NCBI GenBank assembly: GCA_964057225.1
Contig: OZ059899.1
Coordinates: 434,001-498,000 of the forward strand
Length of the DNA stretch: 64,000 nucleotides
Direction: 5' to 3'
Source: Auanema rhodensis
Lineage: Eukaryota > Animalia > Nematoda
Position 1 is the stretch's first letter. Each line of letters starts with the position of its first letter. The position numbers and the translations under genes are program-made. Positions 14,901-29,200 of this stretch are shown piece after piece. Under the pieces are notes generated by a model, which saw only the letters and a program-made list of their open reading frames with translations, was not told the DNA's origin and searched no databases.

Positions 14901-17900
14901 CACATCACGTGTACATTTAATTAGCATAAATTAAAGTTCACGTAAATTTCAAAGTCATGGTTACCATGAACCAATATCAATAAAAATTTGTTTTTAGACT
15001 AATATGGACATGGGTAATCTAATTTTGAAAACCGCATCTCTTTATCTTTCACGTGAAGCGAGTTACATACCAAGTGCACATCACGTGTACATTTAATTAG
15101 CATAAATTAAAGTTCACGTAAATTTCAAAGTCATGGTTACCATGAACCAATATCAATAAAAATTTGTTTTTAGACTAATATGGACATGGGGAATCTAATT
15201 TTGAAAACCGCATCTCTTTATCGTTCACGTGAAGCGAGTTACATACCAAGTGCACATCACGTGTACATTTAATTAGCATAAATTAAAGTTCACGTAAATT
15301 TCAAAGTCATGGTTACCATGCACCAATATCAATAAAAATTTGTTTTTAGACTAATATGGACATGGGGAATCTAATTTTGGAAACCGAATCTCTTTATCTT
15401 TCACGTGAAGCGAGTTACATACCAAGTGCACATCACGTGTACATTTAATTAGCATAAATTGAAGTTCACGTAAATTTCAAAGTCATGGTTACCATGAACC
15501 AATATCAATAAAAATTTGTTTTTAGACTAATATGGACATGGGGAATCTAATTTTGAAAACCGCATCTCTTTATCTTTCACGTGAAGCGAGTTACATACCA
15601 AGTGCACATCACGTGTACATTTAATTAGCATAAATTAAAGTTCACGTAAATTTCAAAGTCATGGTTACCATGCACCAATATCAATAAAAATTTTTTTTTA
15701 GACTAATATGGACATGGGGAATCTAATTTTGAAAACCGCATCTCTTTATCTTTCACGTGAAGCGAGTTACATACCAAGTGCACATCACGTGTACATTTAA
15801 TTAGCATAAATTAAAGTTCACGTAAATTTCAAAGTCATGGTTACCAAGCACCAATATCAATAAAAATTTGTTTTTAGACTAATATGGACATGGGGAATCT
15901 AATTTTGAAAACCGAATCTCTTTATCTTTCACGTGAAGCGAGTTACATACCAAGTGCACATCACGTGTACATTTAATTAGCATAAATTAAAGTTCACGTA
16001 AATTTCAAAGTCATGGTTACCATGAACCAATATCAATAAAAATTTGTTTTTAGACTAATATGGACATGGGGAATCTAATTTTGAAAACCGCATCTCTTTA
16101 TCTTTCACGTGAAGCGAGTTACATACCAAGTGCACATCACGTGTACATTTAATTAGCATAAATTAAAGTTCACGTAAATTTCAAAGTCATGGTTACCATG
16201 CACCAATATCAATAAAAATTTGTTTTTAGACTAATATGGACATGGGGAATCTAATTTTGGAAACCGAATCTCTTTATCTTTCACGTGAAGCGAGTTACAT
16301 ACCAAGTGCACATCACGTGTACATTTAATTAGCATAAATTAAAGTTCACGTAAATTTCAAAGTCATGGTTACCATGAACCAATATCAATAAAAATTTGTT
16401 TTTAGACTAATATGGACATGGGGAATCTAATTTTGAAAACCGCATCTCTTTATCGTTCACGTGAAGCGAGTTACATACCAAGTGCACATCACGTGTACAT
16501 TTAATTAGCATAAATTAAAGTTCACGTAAATTTCAAAGTCATGGTTACCATGCACCAATATCAATAAAAATTTGTTTTTAGACTAATATGGACATGGGGA
16601 ATCTAATTTTGGAAACCGAATCTCTTTATCTTTCACGTGAAGCGAGTTACATACCAAGTGCACATCACGTGTACATTTAATTAGCATAAATTGAAGTTCA
16701 CGTAAATTTCAAAGTCATGGTTACCATGAACCAATATCAATAAAAATTTGTTTTTAGACTAATATGGACATGGGGAATCTAATTTTGAAAACCGCATCTC
16801 TTTATCTTTCACGTGAAGCGAGTTACATACCAAGTGCACATCACGTGTACATTTAATTAGCATAAATTAAAGTTCACGTAAATTTCAAAGTCATGGTTAC
16901 CATGCACCAATATCAATAAAAATTTTTTTTTAGACTAATATGGACATGGGGAATCTAATTTTGAAAACCGCATCTCTTTATCTTTCACGTGAAGCGAGTT
17001 ACATACCAAGTGCACATCACGTGTACATTTAATTAGCATAAATTAAAGTTCACGTAAATTTCAAAGTCATGGTTACCAAACACCAATATCAATAAAAATT
17101 TGTTTTTAGACTAATATGGACATGGGGAATCTAATTTTGAAAACCGCATCTCTTTATCTTTCACGTGAAGCGAGTTACATACCAAGGGCACATCACGTGT
17201 ACATTTAATTAGCATAAATTAAAGTTCACGTAAATTTCAAAGTCATGGTTACCATGCACCAATATCAATAAAAATTTGTTTTTAGACTAATATGGACATG
17301 GGGAATCTAATTTTGAAAACCGCATCTCTTTATCTTTCACGTGAAGCGAGTTACATACCAAGTGCACATCACGTGTACATTTAATTAGCATAAATTAAAG
17401 TTCACGTAAATTTCAAAGTCATGGTTACCATGAACCAATATCAATAAAAATTTGTTTTTAGACTAATATGGACATGGGGAATCTAATTTTGAAAACCGCA
17501 TCTCTTTATCTTTCACGTGAAGCGAGTTACATACCAAGGGCACATCACGTGTACATTTAATTAGCATAAATTAAAGTTCACGTAAATTTCAAAGTCATGG
17601 TTACCATGCACCAATATCAATAAAAATTTGTTTTTAGACTAATATGGACATGGGGAATCTAATTTTGAAAACCGCATCTCTTTATCTTTCACGTGAAGCG
17701 AGTTACATACCAAGGGCACATCACGTGTACATTTAATTAGCATAAATTAAAGTTCACGTAAATTTCAAAGTCATGGTTACCATGCACCAATATCAATAAA
17801 AATTTGTTTTTAGACTAATATGGACATGGGGAATCTAATTTTGGAAACCGAATCTCTTTATCTTTCACGTGAAGCGAGTTACATACCAAGTGCACATCAC

Positions 17901-20900
17901 GTGTACATTTAATTAGCATAAATTAAAGTTCACGTAAATTTCAAAGTCATGGTTACCATGCACCAATATCAATAAAAATTTGTTTTTAGACTAATATGGA
18001 CATGGGGAATCTAATTTTGAAAACCGCATCTCTTTATCTTTCACGTGAAGCGAGTTACATACCAAGGGCACATCACGTGTACATTTAATTAGCATAAATT
18101 AAAGTTCACGTAAATTTCAAAGTCATGGTTACCATGCACCAATATCAATAAAAATTTGTTTTTAGACTAATATGGACATGGGGAATCTAATTTTGAAAAC
18201 CGCATCTCTTTATCTTTCACGTGAAGCGAGTTACATACCAAGGGCACATCACGTGTACATTTAATTAGCATAAATTAAAGTTCACGTAAATTTCAAAGTC
18301 ATGGTTACCATGCACCAATATCAATAAAAATTTGTTTTTAGACTAATATGGACATGGGGAATCTAATTTTGAAAACCGCATCTCTTTATCTTTCACGTGA
18401 AGCGAGTTACATACCAAGGGCACATCACGTGTACATTTAATTAGCATAAATTAAAGTTCACGTAAATTTCAAAGTCATGGTTACCATGCACCAATATCAA
18501 TAAAAATTTGTTTTTAGACTAATATGGACATGGGGAATCTAATTTTGAAAACCGCATCTCTTTATCTTTCACGTGAAGCGAGTTACATACCAAGTGCACA
18601 TCACGTGTACATTTAATTAGCATAAATTAAAGTTCACGTAAATTTCAAAGTCATGGTTACCATGAACCAATATCAATAAAAATTTGTTTTTAGACTAATA
18701 TGGACATGGGGAATCTAATTTTGAAAACCGCATCTCTTTATCTCTCACGTGAAGCGAGTTACATACCAAGGGCACATCACGTGTACATTTAATTAGCATA
18801 AATTGAAGTTCACGTAAATTTCAAAGTCATGGTTACCATGAACCAATATCAATAAAAATTTGTTTTTAGACTAATATGGACATGGGGAATCTAATTTTGA
18901 AAACCGCATCTCTTTATCTTTCACGTGAAGCGAGTTACATACCAAGTGCACATCACGTGTACATTTAATTAGCATAAATTAAAGTTCACGTAAATTTCAA
19001 AGTCATGGTTACCATGAACCAATATCAATAAAAATTTGTTTTTAGACTAATATGGACATGGGGAATCTAATTTTGAAAACCGCATCTCTTTATCTTTCAC
19101 GTGAAGCGAGTTACATACCAAGTGCACATCACGTGTACATTTAATTAGCATAAATTAAAGTTCACGTGAATTTCAAAGTCATGGTTACCATGCACAAATA
19201 TCAATAAAAATTTGTTTTTAGACTAATATGGACATGGGGAATCTAATTTTGAAAACCGCATCTCTTTATCTTTCACGTGAAGCGAGTTACATACCAAGTG
19301 CACATCACGTGTACATTTAATTAGCATAAATTAAAGTTCACGTAAATTTCAAAGTCATGGTTACCATGAACCAATATCAATAAAAATTTGTTTTTAGACT
19401 AATATGGACATGGGTAATCTAATTTTGAAAACCGCATCTCTTTATCTTTCACGTGAAGCGAGTTACATACCAAGTGCACATCACGTGTACATTTAATTAG
19501 CATAAATTAAAGTTCACGTAAATTTCAAAGTCATGGTTACCATGAACCAATATCAATAAAAATTTGTTTTTAGACTAATATGGACATGGGGAATCTAATT
19601 TTGAAAACCGCATCTCTTTATCTTTCACGTGAAGCGAGTTACATACCAAGTGCATATCACGTGTACATTTAATTAGCATAAATTAAAGTTCACGTAAATT
19701 TCAAAGTCATGGTTACCAAGCACCAATATCAATAAAAATTTGTTTTTAGACTAATATGGACATGGGGAATCTAATTTTGAAAACCGCATCTCTTTATCTT
19801 TCACGTGAAGCGAGTTACATACCAAGGGCACATCACGTGTACATTTAATTAGCATAAATTAAAGTTCACGTAAATTTCAAAGTCATGGTTACCATGCACC
19901 AATATCAATAAAAATTTGTTTTTAGACTAATATGGACATGGGGAATCTAATTTTGAAAACCGCATCTCTTTATCTTTCACGTGAAGCGAGTTACATACCA
20001 AGTGCACATCACGTGTACATTTAATTAGCATAAATTAAAGTTCACGTAAATTTCAAAGTCATGGTTACCATGAACCAATATCAATAAAAATTTGTTTTTA
20101 GACTAATATGGACATGGGGAATCTAATTTTGAAAACCGCATCTCTTTATCTTTCACGTGAAGCGAGTTACATACCAAGGGCACATCACGTGTACATTTAA
20201 TTAGCATAAATTAAAGTTCACGTAAATTTCAAAGTCATGGTTACCATGCACCAATATCAATAAAAATTTGTTTTTAGACTAATATGGACATGGGGAATCT
20301 AATTTTGAAAACCGCATCTCTTTATCTTTCACGTGAAGCGAGTTACATACCAAGGGCACATCACGTGTACATTTAATTAGCATAAATTAAAGTTCACGTA
20401 AATTTCAAAGTCATGGTTACCATGCACCAATATCAATAAAAATTTGTTTTTAGACTAATATGGACATGGGGAATCTAATTTTGGAAACCGAATCTCTTTA
20501 TCTTTCACGTGAAGCGAGTTACATACCAAGTGCACATCACGTGTACATTTAATTAGCATAAATTAAAGTTCACGTAAATTTCAAAGTCATGGTTACCATG
20601 CACCAATATCAATAAAAATTTGTTTTTAGACTAATATGGACATGGGGAATCTAATTTTGAAAACCGCATCTCTTTATCTTTCACGTGAAGCGAGTTACAT
20701 ACCAAGGGCACATCACGTGTACATTTAATTAGCATAAATTAAAGTTCACGTAAATTTCAAAGTCATGGTTACCATGCACCAATATCAATAAAAATTTGTT
20801 TTTAGACTAATATGGACATGGGGAATCTAATTTTGAAAACCGCATCTCTTTATCTTTCACGTGAAGCGAGTTACATACCAAGGGCACATCACGTGTACAT

Positions 20901-22954
20901 TTAATTAGCATAAATTAAAGTTCACGTAAATTTCAAAGTCATGGTTACCATGCACCAATATCAATAAAAATTTGTTTTTAGACTAATATGGACATGGGGA
21001 ATCTAATTTTGAAAACCGCATCTCTTTATCTTTCACGTGAAGCGAGTTACATACCAAGGGCACATCACGTGTACATTTAATTAGCATAAATTAAAGTTCA
21101 CGTAAATTTCAAAGTCATGGTTACCATGCACCAATATCAATAAAAATTTGTTTTTAGACTAATATGGACATGGGGAATCTAATTTTGAAAACCGCATCTC
21201 TTTATCTTTCACGTGAAGCGAGTTACATACCAAGTGCACATCACGTGTACATTTAATTAGCATAAATTAAAGTTCACGTAAATTTCAAAGTCATGGTTAC
21301 CATGAACCAATATCAATAAAAATTTGTTTTTAGACTAATATGGACATGGGGAATCTAATTTTGAAAACCGCATCTCTTTATCTCTCACGTGAAGCGAGTT
21401 ACATACCAAGGGCACATCACGTGTACATTTAATTAGCATAAATTGAAGTTCACGTAAATTTCAAAGTCATGGTTACCATGAACCAATATCAATAAAAATT
21501 TGTTTTTAGACTAATATGGACATGGGGAATCTAATTTTGAAAACCGCATCTCTTTATCTTTCACGTGAAGCGAGTTACATACCAAGTGCACATCACGTGT
21601 ACATTTAATTAGCATAAATTAAAGTTCACGTAAATTTCAAAGTCATGGTTACCATGAACCAATATCAATAAAAATTTGTTTTTAGACTAATATGGACATG
21701 GGGAATCTAATTTTGAAAACCGCATCTCTTTATCTTTCACGTGAAGCGAGTTACATACCAAGTGCACATCACGTGTACATTTAATTAGCATAAATTAAAG
21801 TTCACGTGAATTTCAAAGTCATGGTTACCATGCACAAATATCAATAAAAATTTGTTTTTAGACTAATATGGACATGGGGAATCTAATTTTGAAAACCGCA
21901 TCTCTTTATCTTTCACGTGAAGCGAGTTACATACCAAGTGCACATCACGTGTACATTTAATTAGCATAAATTAAAGTTCACGTAAATTTCAAAGTCATGG
22001 TTACCATGAACCAATATCAATAAAAATTTGTTTTTAGACTAATATGGACATGGGTAATCTAATTTTGAAAACCGCATCTCTTTATCTTTCACGTGAAGCG
22101 AGTTACATACCAAGTGCACATCACGTGTACATTTAATTAGCATAAATTAAAGTTCACGTAAATTTCAAAGTCATGGTTACCATGAACCAATATCAATAAA
22201 AATTTGTTTTTAGACTAATATGGACATGGGGAATCTAATTTTGAAAACCGCATCTCTTTATCGTTCACGTGAAGCGAGTTACATACCAAGTGCACATCAC
22301 GTGTACATTTAATTAGCATAAATTAAAGTTCACGTAAATTTCAAAGTCATGGTTACCATGCACCAATATCAATAAAAATTTGTTTTTAGACTAATATGGA
22401 CATGGGGAATCTAATTTTGGAAACCGAATCTCTTTATCTTTCACGTGAAGCGAGTTACATACCAAGTGCACATCACGTGTACATTTAATTAGCATAAATT
22501 GAAGTTCACGTAAATTTCAAAGTCATGGTTACCATGAACCAATATCAATAAAAATTTGTTTTTAGACTAATATGGACATGGGGAATCTAATTTTGAAAAC
22601 CGCATCTCTTTATCTTTCACGTGAAGCGAGTTACATACCAAGTGCACATCACGTGTACATTTAATTAGCATAAATTAAAGTTCACGTAAATTTCAAAGTC
22701 ATGGTTACCATGCACCAATATCAATAAAAATTTTTTTTTAGACTAATATGGACATGGGGAATCTAATTTTGAAAACCGCATCTCTTTATCTTTCACGTGA
22801 AGCGAGTTACATACCAAGTGCACATCACGTGTACATTTAATTAGCATAAATTAAAGTTCACGTAAATTTCAAAGTCATGGTTACCAAGCACCAATATCAA
22901 TAAAAATTTGTTTTTAGACTAATATGGACATGGGGAATCTAATTTTGAAAACCG
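8990..22954. repeat. Higher-order tandem duplication of 40 monomers (7040-bp period) with a nested 15-monomer (2640-bp) duplication
   Basis: Rare variants recur at +7040: TTACCAAAC (~10035/17075), TGCATATCAC (12611/19651), GGGTAAT (12371/19411 and 15011/22051). Variants recur at +2640: TCTCTCACG (11701/14341), GGGTAAT (12371/15011). Boundaries are approximate. Confidence 0.88.
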
Positions 22955-25900
22955 CATCTCTTTATCTTTCACGTGAAGCGAGTTACATACCAAGGGCACA
23001 TCACGTGTACATTTAATTAGCATAAATTAAAGTTCACGTAAATTTCAAAGTCATGGTTACCATGCACCAATATCAATAAAAATTTGTTTTTAGACTAATA
23101 TGGACATGGGGAATCTAATTTTGAAAACCGCATCTCTTTATCTTTCACGTGAAGCGAGTTACATACCAAGTGCACATCACGTGTACATTTAATTAGCATA
23201 AATTAAAGTTCACGTAAATTTCAAAGTCATGGTTACCATGAACCAATATCAATAAAAATTTGTTTTTAGACTAATATAGACATGGGGAATCTAATTTTGA
23301 AAACCGCATCTCTTTATCGTTCACGTGAAGCGAGTTACATACCAAGTGCACATCACGTGTACATTTAATTAGCATAAATTAAAGTTCACGTAAATTTCAA
23401 AGTCATGGTTACCATGAACCAATATCAATAAAAATTTGTTTTTAAACTAATATGGACATGGGGAATCTAATTTTGAAAACCGCATCTCTTTATCTTTCAC
23501 GTGAAGCGAGTTACATACCAAGTGCACATCACGTGTACATTTAATTAGCATAAATTAAAGTTCACGTAAATTTCAAAGTCATGGTTACCATGCACCAATA
23601 TCAATAAAAATTTGTTTTTAGACTAATATGGACATGGGGAATCTAATTTTGAAAACCGCATCTCTTTATCTTTCACGTGAAGCGAGTTACATACCAAGTG
23701 CACATCACGTGTACATTTAATTAGCATAAATTGAAGTTCACGTAAATTTCAAAGTCATGGTTACCATGAACCAATATCAATAAAAATTTGTTTTTAGACT
23801 AATATGGACATGGGGAATCTAATTTTGAAAACCGCATCTCTTTATCTTTCACGTGAAGCGAGTTACATACCAAGTACACATCACGTGTACATTTAATTAG
23901 CATAAATTGAAGTTCACGTAAATTTCAAAGTCATGGTTACCATGAACCAATATCAATAAAAATTTGTTTTTAGACTAATATGGACATGGGGAATCTAATT
24001 TTGAAAACCGCATCTCTTTATCTTTCACGTGAAGCGAGTTACATACCAAGTGCACATCACGTGTACATTTAATTAGCATAAATTAAAGTTCACGTAAATT
24101 TCAAAGTCATGGTTACCATGAACCAATATCAATAAAAATTTGTTTTTAGACTAATATGGACATGGGGAATCTAATTTTGAAAACCGCATCTCTTTATCTT
24201 TCACGTGAAGCGAGTTACATACCAAGTGCACATCACGTGTACATTTAATTAGCATAAATTAAAGTTCACGTAAATTTCAAAGTCATGGTTACCATGCACC
24301 AATATCAATAAAAATTTGTTTTTAGACTAATATGGACATGGGGAATCTAATTTTGGAAACCGAATCTCTTTATCTTTCACGTGAAGCGAGTTACATACCA
24401 AGTGCACATCACGTGTACATTTAATTAGCATAAATTGAAGTTCACGTAAATTTCAAAGTCATGGTTACCATGAACCAATATCAATAAAAATTTGTTTTTA
24501 GACTAATATGGACATGGGGAATCTAATTTTGAAAACCGCATCTCTTTATCTTTCACGTGAAGCGAGTTACATACCAAGTGCACATCACGTGTACATTTAA
24601 TTAGCATAAATTAAAGTTCACGTAAATTTCAAAGTCATGGTTACCATGCACCAATATCAATAAAAATTTTTTTTTAGACTAATATGGACATGGGGAATCT
24701 AATTTTGAAAACCGCATCTCTTTATCTTTCACGTGAAGCGAGTTACATACCAAGTGCACATCACGTGTACATTTAATTAGCATAAATTAAAGTTCACGTA
24801 AATTTCAAAGTCATGGTTACCAAGCACCAATATCAATAAAAATTTGTTTTTAGACTAATATGGACATGGGGAATCTAATTTTGAAAACCGCATCTCTTTA
24901 TCTTTCACGTGAAGCGAGTTACATACCAAGGGCACATCACGTGTACATTTAATTAGCATAAATTAAAGTTCACGTAAATTTCAAAGTCATGGTTACCATG
25001 CACCAATATCAATAAAAATTTGTTTTTAGACTAATATGGACATGGGGAATCTAATTTTGAAAACCGCATCTCTTTATCTTTCACGTGAAGCGAGTTACAT
25101 ACCAAGTGCACATCACGTGTACATTTAATTAGCATAAATTAAAGTTCACGTAAATTTCAAAGTCATGGTTACCATGAACCAATATCAATAAAAATTTGTT
25201 TTTAGACTAATATGGACATGGGGAATCTAATTTTGAAAACCGCATCTCTTTATCGTTCACGTGAAGCGAGTTACATACCAAGTGCACATCACGTGTACAT
25301 TTAATTAGCATAAATTAAAGTTCACGTAAATTTCAAAGTCATGGTTACCATGAACCAATATCAATAAAAATTTGTTTTTAAACTAATATGGACATGGGGA
25401 ATCTAATTTTGAAAACCGTATCTCTTTATCTTTCACGTGAAGCGAGTTACATACCAAGTGCACATCACGTGTACATTTAATTAGCATAAATTAAAGTTCA
25501 CGTAAATTTCAAAGTCATGGTTACCATGCACCAATATCAATAAAAATTTGTTTTTAGACTAATATGGACATGGGGAATCTAATTTTGAAAACCGCATCTC
25601 TTTATCTTTCACGTGAAGCGAGTTACATACCAAGTGCACATCACGTGTACATTTAATTAGCATAAATTGAAGTTCACGTAAATTTCAAAGTCATGGTTAC
25701 CATGAACCAATATCAATAAAAATTTGTTTTTAGACTAATATGGACATGGGGAATCTAATTTTGAAAACCGCATCTCTTTATCTTTCACGTGAAGCGAGTT
25801 ACATACCAAGTACACATCACGTGTACATTTAATTAGCATAAATTGAAGTTCACGTAAATTTCAAAGTCATGGTTACCATGAACCAATATCAATAAAAATT

Positions 25901-26200
25901 TGTTTTTAGACTAATATGGACATGGGGAATCTAATTTTGAAAACCGCATCTCTTTATCTTTCACGTGAAGCGAGTTACATACCAAGTGCACATCACGTGT
26001 ACATTTAATTAGCATAAATTAAAGTTCACGTAAATTTCAAAGTCATGGTTACCATGAACCAATATCAATAAAAATTTGTTTTTAGACTAATATGGACATG
26101 GGGAATCTAATTTTGAAAACCGCATCTCTTTATCTTTCACGTGAAGCGAGTTACATACCAAGTGCACATCACGTGTACATTTAATTAGCATAAATTAAAG
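22500..26200. repeat. Higher-order duplication of 11 monomers (1936-bp period)
   Basis: TTTAAACT variant at 23445/25381 and CAAGTACAC at 23875/25811. Boundaries are approximate. Confidence 0.75.
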
Positions 26201-29200
26201 TTCACGTAAATTTCAAAGTCATGGTTACCATGAACCAATATCAATAAAAATTTGTTTTTAGACTAATATGGACATGGGGAATCTAATTTTGAAAACCGCA
26301 TCTCTTTATCTTTCACGTGAAGCGAGTTACATACCAAGTGCACATCACGTGTACATTTAATTAGCATAAATTGAAGTTCACGTAAATTTCAAAGTCATGG
26401 TTACCATGAACCAATATCAATAAAAATTTGTTTTTAGACTAATATGGACATGGGGAATCTAATTTTGAAAACCGCATCTCTTTATCTTTCATGTGAAGCG
26501 AGTTACATACCAAGTGCACATCACGTGTACATTTAATTAGCATAAATTAAAGTTCACGTAAATTTCAAAGTCATGGTTACCATGAACCAATATCAATAAA
26601 AATTTGTTTTTAGACTAATATGGACATGGGGAATCTAATTTTGAAAACCGCATCTCTTTATCTTTCACGTGAAGCGAGTTACATACCAAGTGCACATCAC
26701 GTGTACATTTAATTAGCATAAATTAAAGTTCACGTAAATTTCAAAGTCATGGTTACCATGAACCAATATCAATAAAAATTTGTTTTTAGACTAATATGGA
26801 CATGGGGAATCTGATTTTGAAAACCGCATCTCTTTATCGTTCACGTGAAGCGAGTTACATACCAAGTGCACATCACGTGTACATTTAATTAGCATAAATG
26901 AAAGTTCACGTAAATTTCAAAGTCATGGTTACCATGCACCAATATCAATAAAAATTTGTTTTTAGACTAATATGGACATGGGGAATCTAATTTTGAAAAC
27001 CGCATCTCTTTATCGTTCACGTGAAGCGAGTTACATACCAAGTGCACATCACGTGTACATTTAATTAGCATAAATTAAAGTTCACGTAAATTTCAAAGTC
27101 ATGGTTACCATGCACCAATATCAATAAAAATTTGTTTTTAGACTAATATGGACATGGGGAATCTAATTTTGAAAACCGCATCTCTTTATCGCTCACGTGA
27201 AGCGAGTTACATACCAAAAGCACATCACGTGTACATTTAATTAGCATAAATTAAAGTTCACGTAAATTTCAAAGTCATGGTTACCATGCACCAATATCAA
27301 TAAAAATTTGTTTTTAGACTAATATGGACATGGGGAATCTAATTTTGAAAACCGCATCTCTTTATCTTTCACGTGAAGCGAGTTACATACCAAGGGCACA
27401 TCACGTGTACATTTAATTAGCATAAATTAAAGTTCACGTAAATTTCAAAGTCATGGTTACCATGCACCAATATCAATAAAAATTTGTTTTTAGACTAATA
27501 TGGACATGGGGAATCTAATTTTGAAAACCGCATCTCTTTATCTTTCACGTGAAGCGAGTTACATACCAAGGGCACATCACGTGTACATTTAATTAGCATA
27601 AATTAAAGTTCACGTAAATTTCAAAGTCATGGTTACCATGCACCAATATCAATAAAAATTTGTTTTTAGACTAATATGGACATGGGGAATCTAATTTTGA
27701 AAACCGCATCTCTTTATCTTTCACGTGAAGCGAGTTACATACCAAGTGCACATCACGTATACATTTAATTAGCATAAATTAAAGTTCACGTAAATTTCAA
27801 AGTCATGGTTACCATGAACCAATATCAATAAAAATTTGTTTTTAGACTAATATGGACATGGGGAATCTAATTTTGAAAACCGCATCTCTTTATCTCTCAC
27901 GTGAAGCGAGTTACATACCAAGGGCACATCACGTGTACATTTAATTAGCATAAATTGAAGTTCACGTAAATTTCAAAGTCATGGTTACCATGAACCAATA
28001 TCAATAAAAATTTGTTTTTAGACTAATATGGACATGGGGAATCTAATTTTGAAAACCGCATCTCTTTATCTTTCACGTGAAGCGAGTTACATACCAAGTG
28101 CACATCACGTGTACATTTAATTAGCATAAATTAAAGTTCACGTAAATTTCAAAGTCATGGTTACCATGAACCAATATCAATAAAAATTTGTTTTTAGACT
28201 AATATGGACATGGGGAATCTAATTTTGAAAACCGCATCTCTTTATCTTTCACGTGAAGCGAGTTACATACCAAGTGCACATCACGTGTACATTTAATTAG
28301 CATAAATTAAAGTTCACGTAAATTTCAAAGTCATGGTTACCATGAACCAATATCAATAAAAATTTGTTTTTAGACTAATATGGACATGGGGAATCTAATT
28401 TTGAAAACCGCATCTCTTTATCTCTCACGTGAAGCGAGTTACATACCAAGGGCACATCACGTGTACATTTAATTAGCATAAATTGAAGTTCACGTAAATT
28501 TCAAAGTCATGGTTACCATGAACCAATATCAATAAAAATTTGTTTTTAGACTAATATGGACATGGGGAATCTAATTTTGAAAACCGCATCTCTTTATCTT
28601 TCACGTGAAGCGAGTTACATACCAAGTGCACATCACGTGTACATTTAATTAGCATAAATTAAAGTTCACGTAAATTTCAAAGTCATGGTTACCATGAACC
28701 AATATCAATAAAAATTTGTTTTTAGACTAATATGGACATGGGGAATCTAATTTTGAAAACCGCATCTCTTTATCGTTCACGTGAAGCGAGTTACATACCA
28801 AGTGCACATCACGTGTACATTTAATTAGCATAAATTAAAGTTCACGTAAATTTCAAAGTCATGGTTACCATGCACCAATATCAATAAAAATTTGTTTTTA
28901 GACTAATATGGACATGGGGAATCTAATTTTGGAAACCGAATCTCTTTATCTTTCACGTGAAGCGAGTTACATACCAAGTGCACATCACGTGTACATTTAA
29001 TTAGCATAAATTGAAGTTCACGTAAATTTCAAAGTCATGGTTACCATGAACCAATATCAATAAAAATTTGTTTTTAGACTAATATGGACATGGAGAATCT
29101 AATTTTGAAAACCGCATCTCTTTATCTTTCACGTGAAGCGAGTTACATACCAAGTGCACATCACGTGTACATTTAATTAGCATAAATTAAAGTTCACGTA

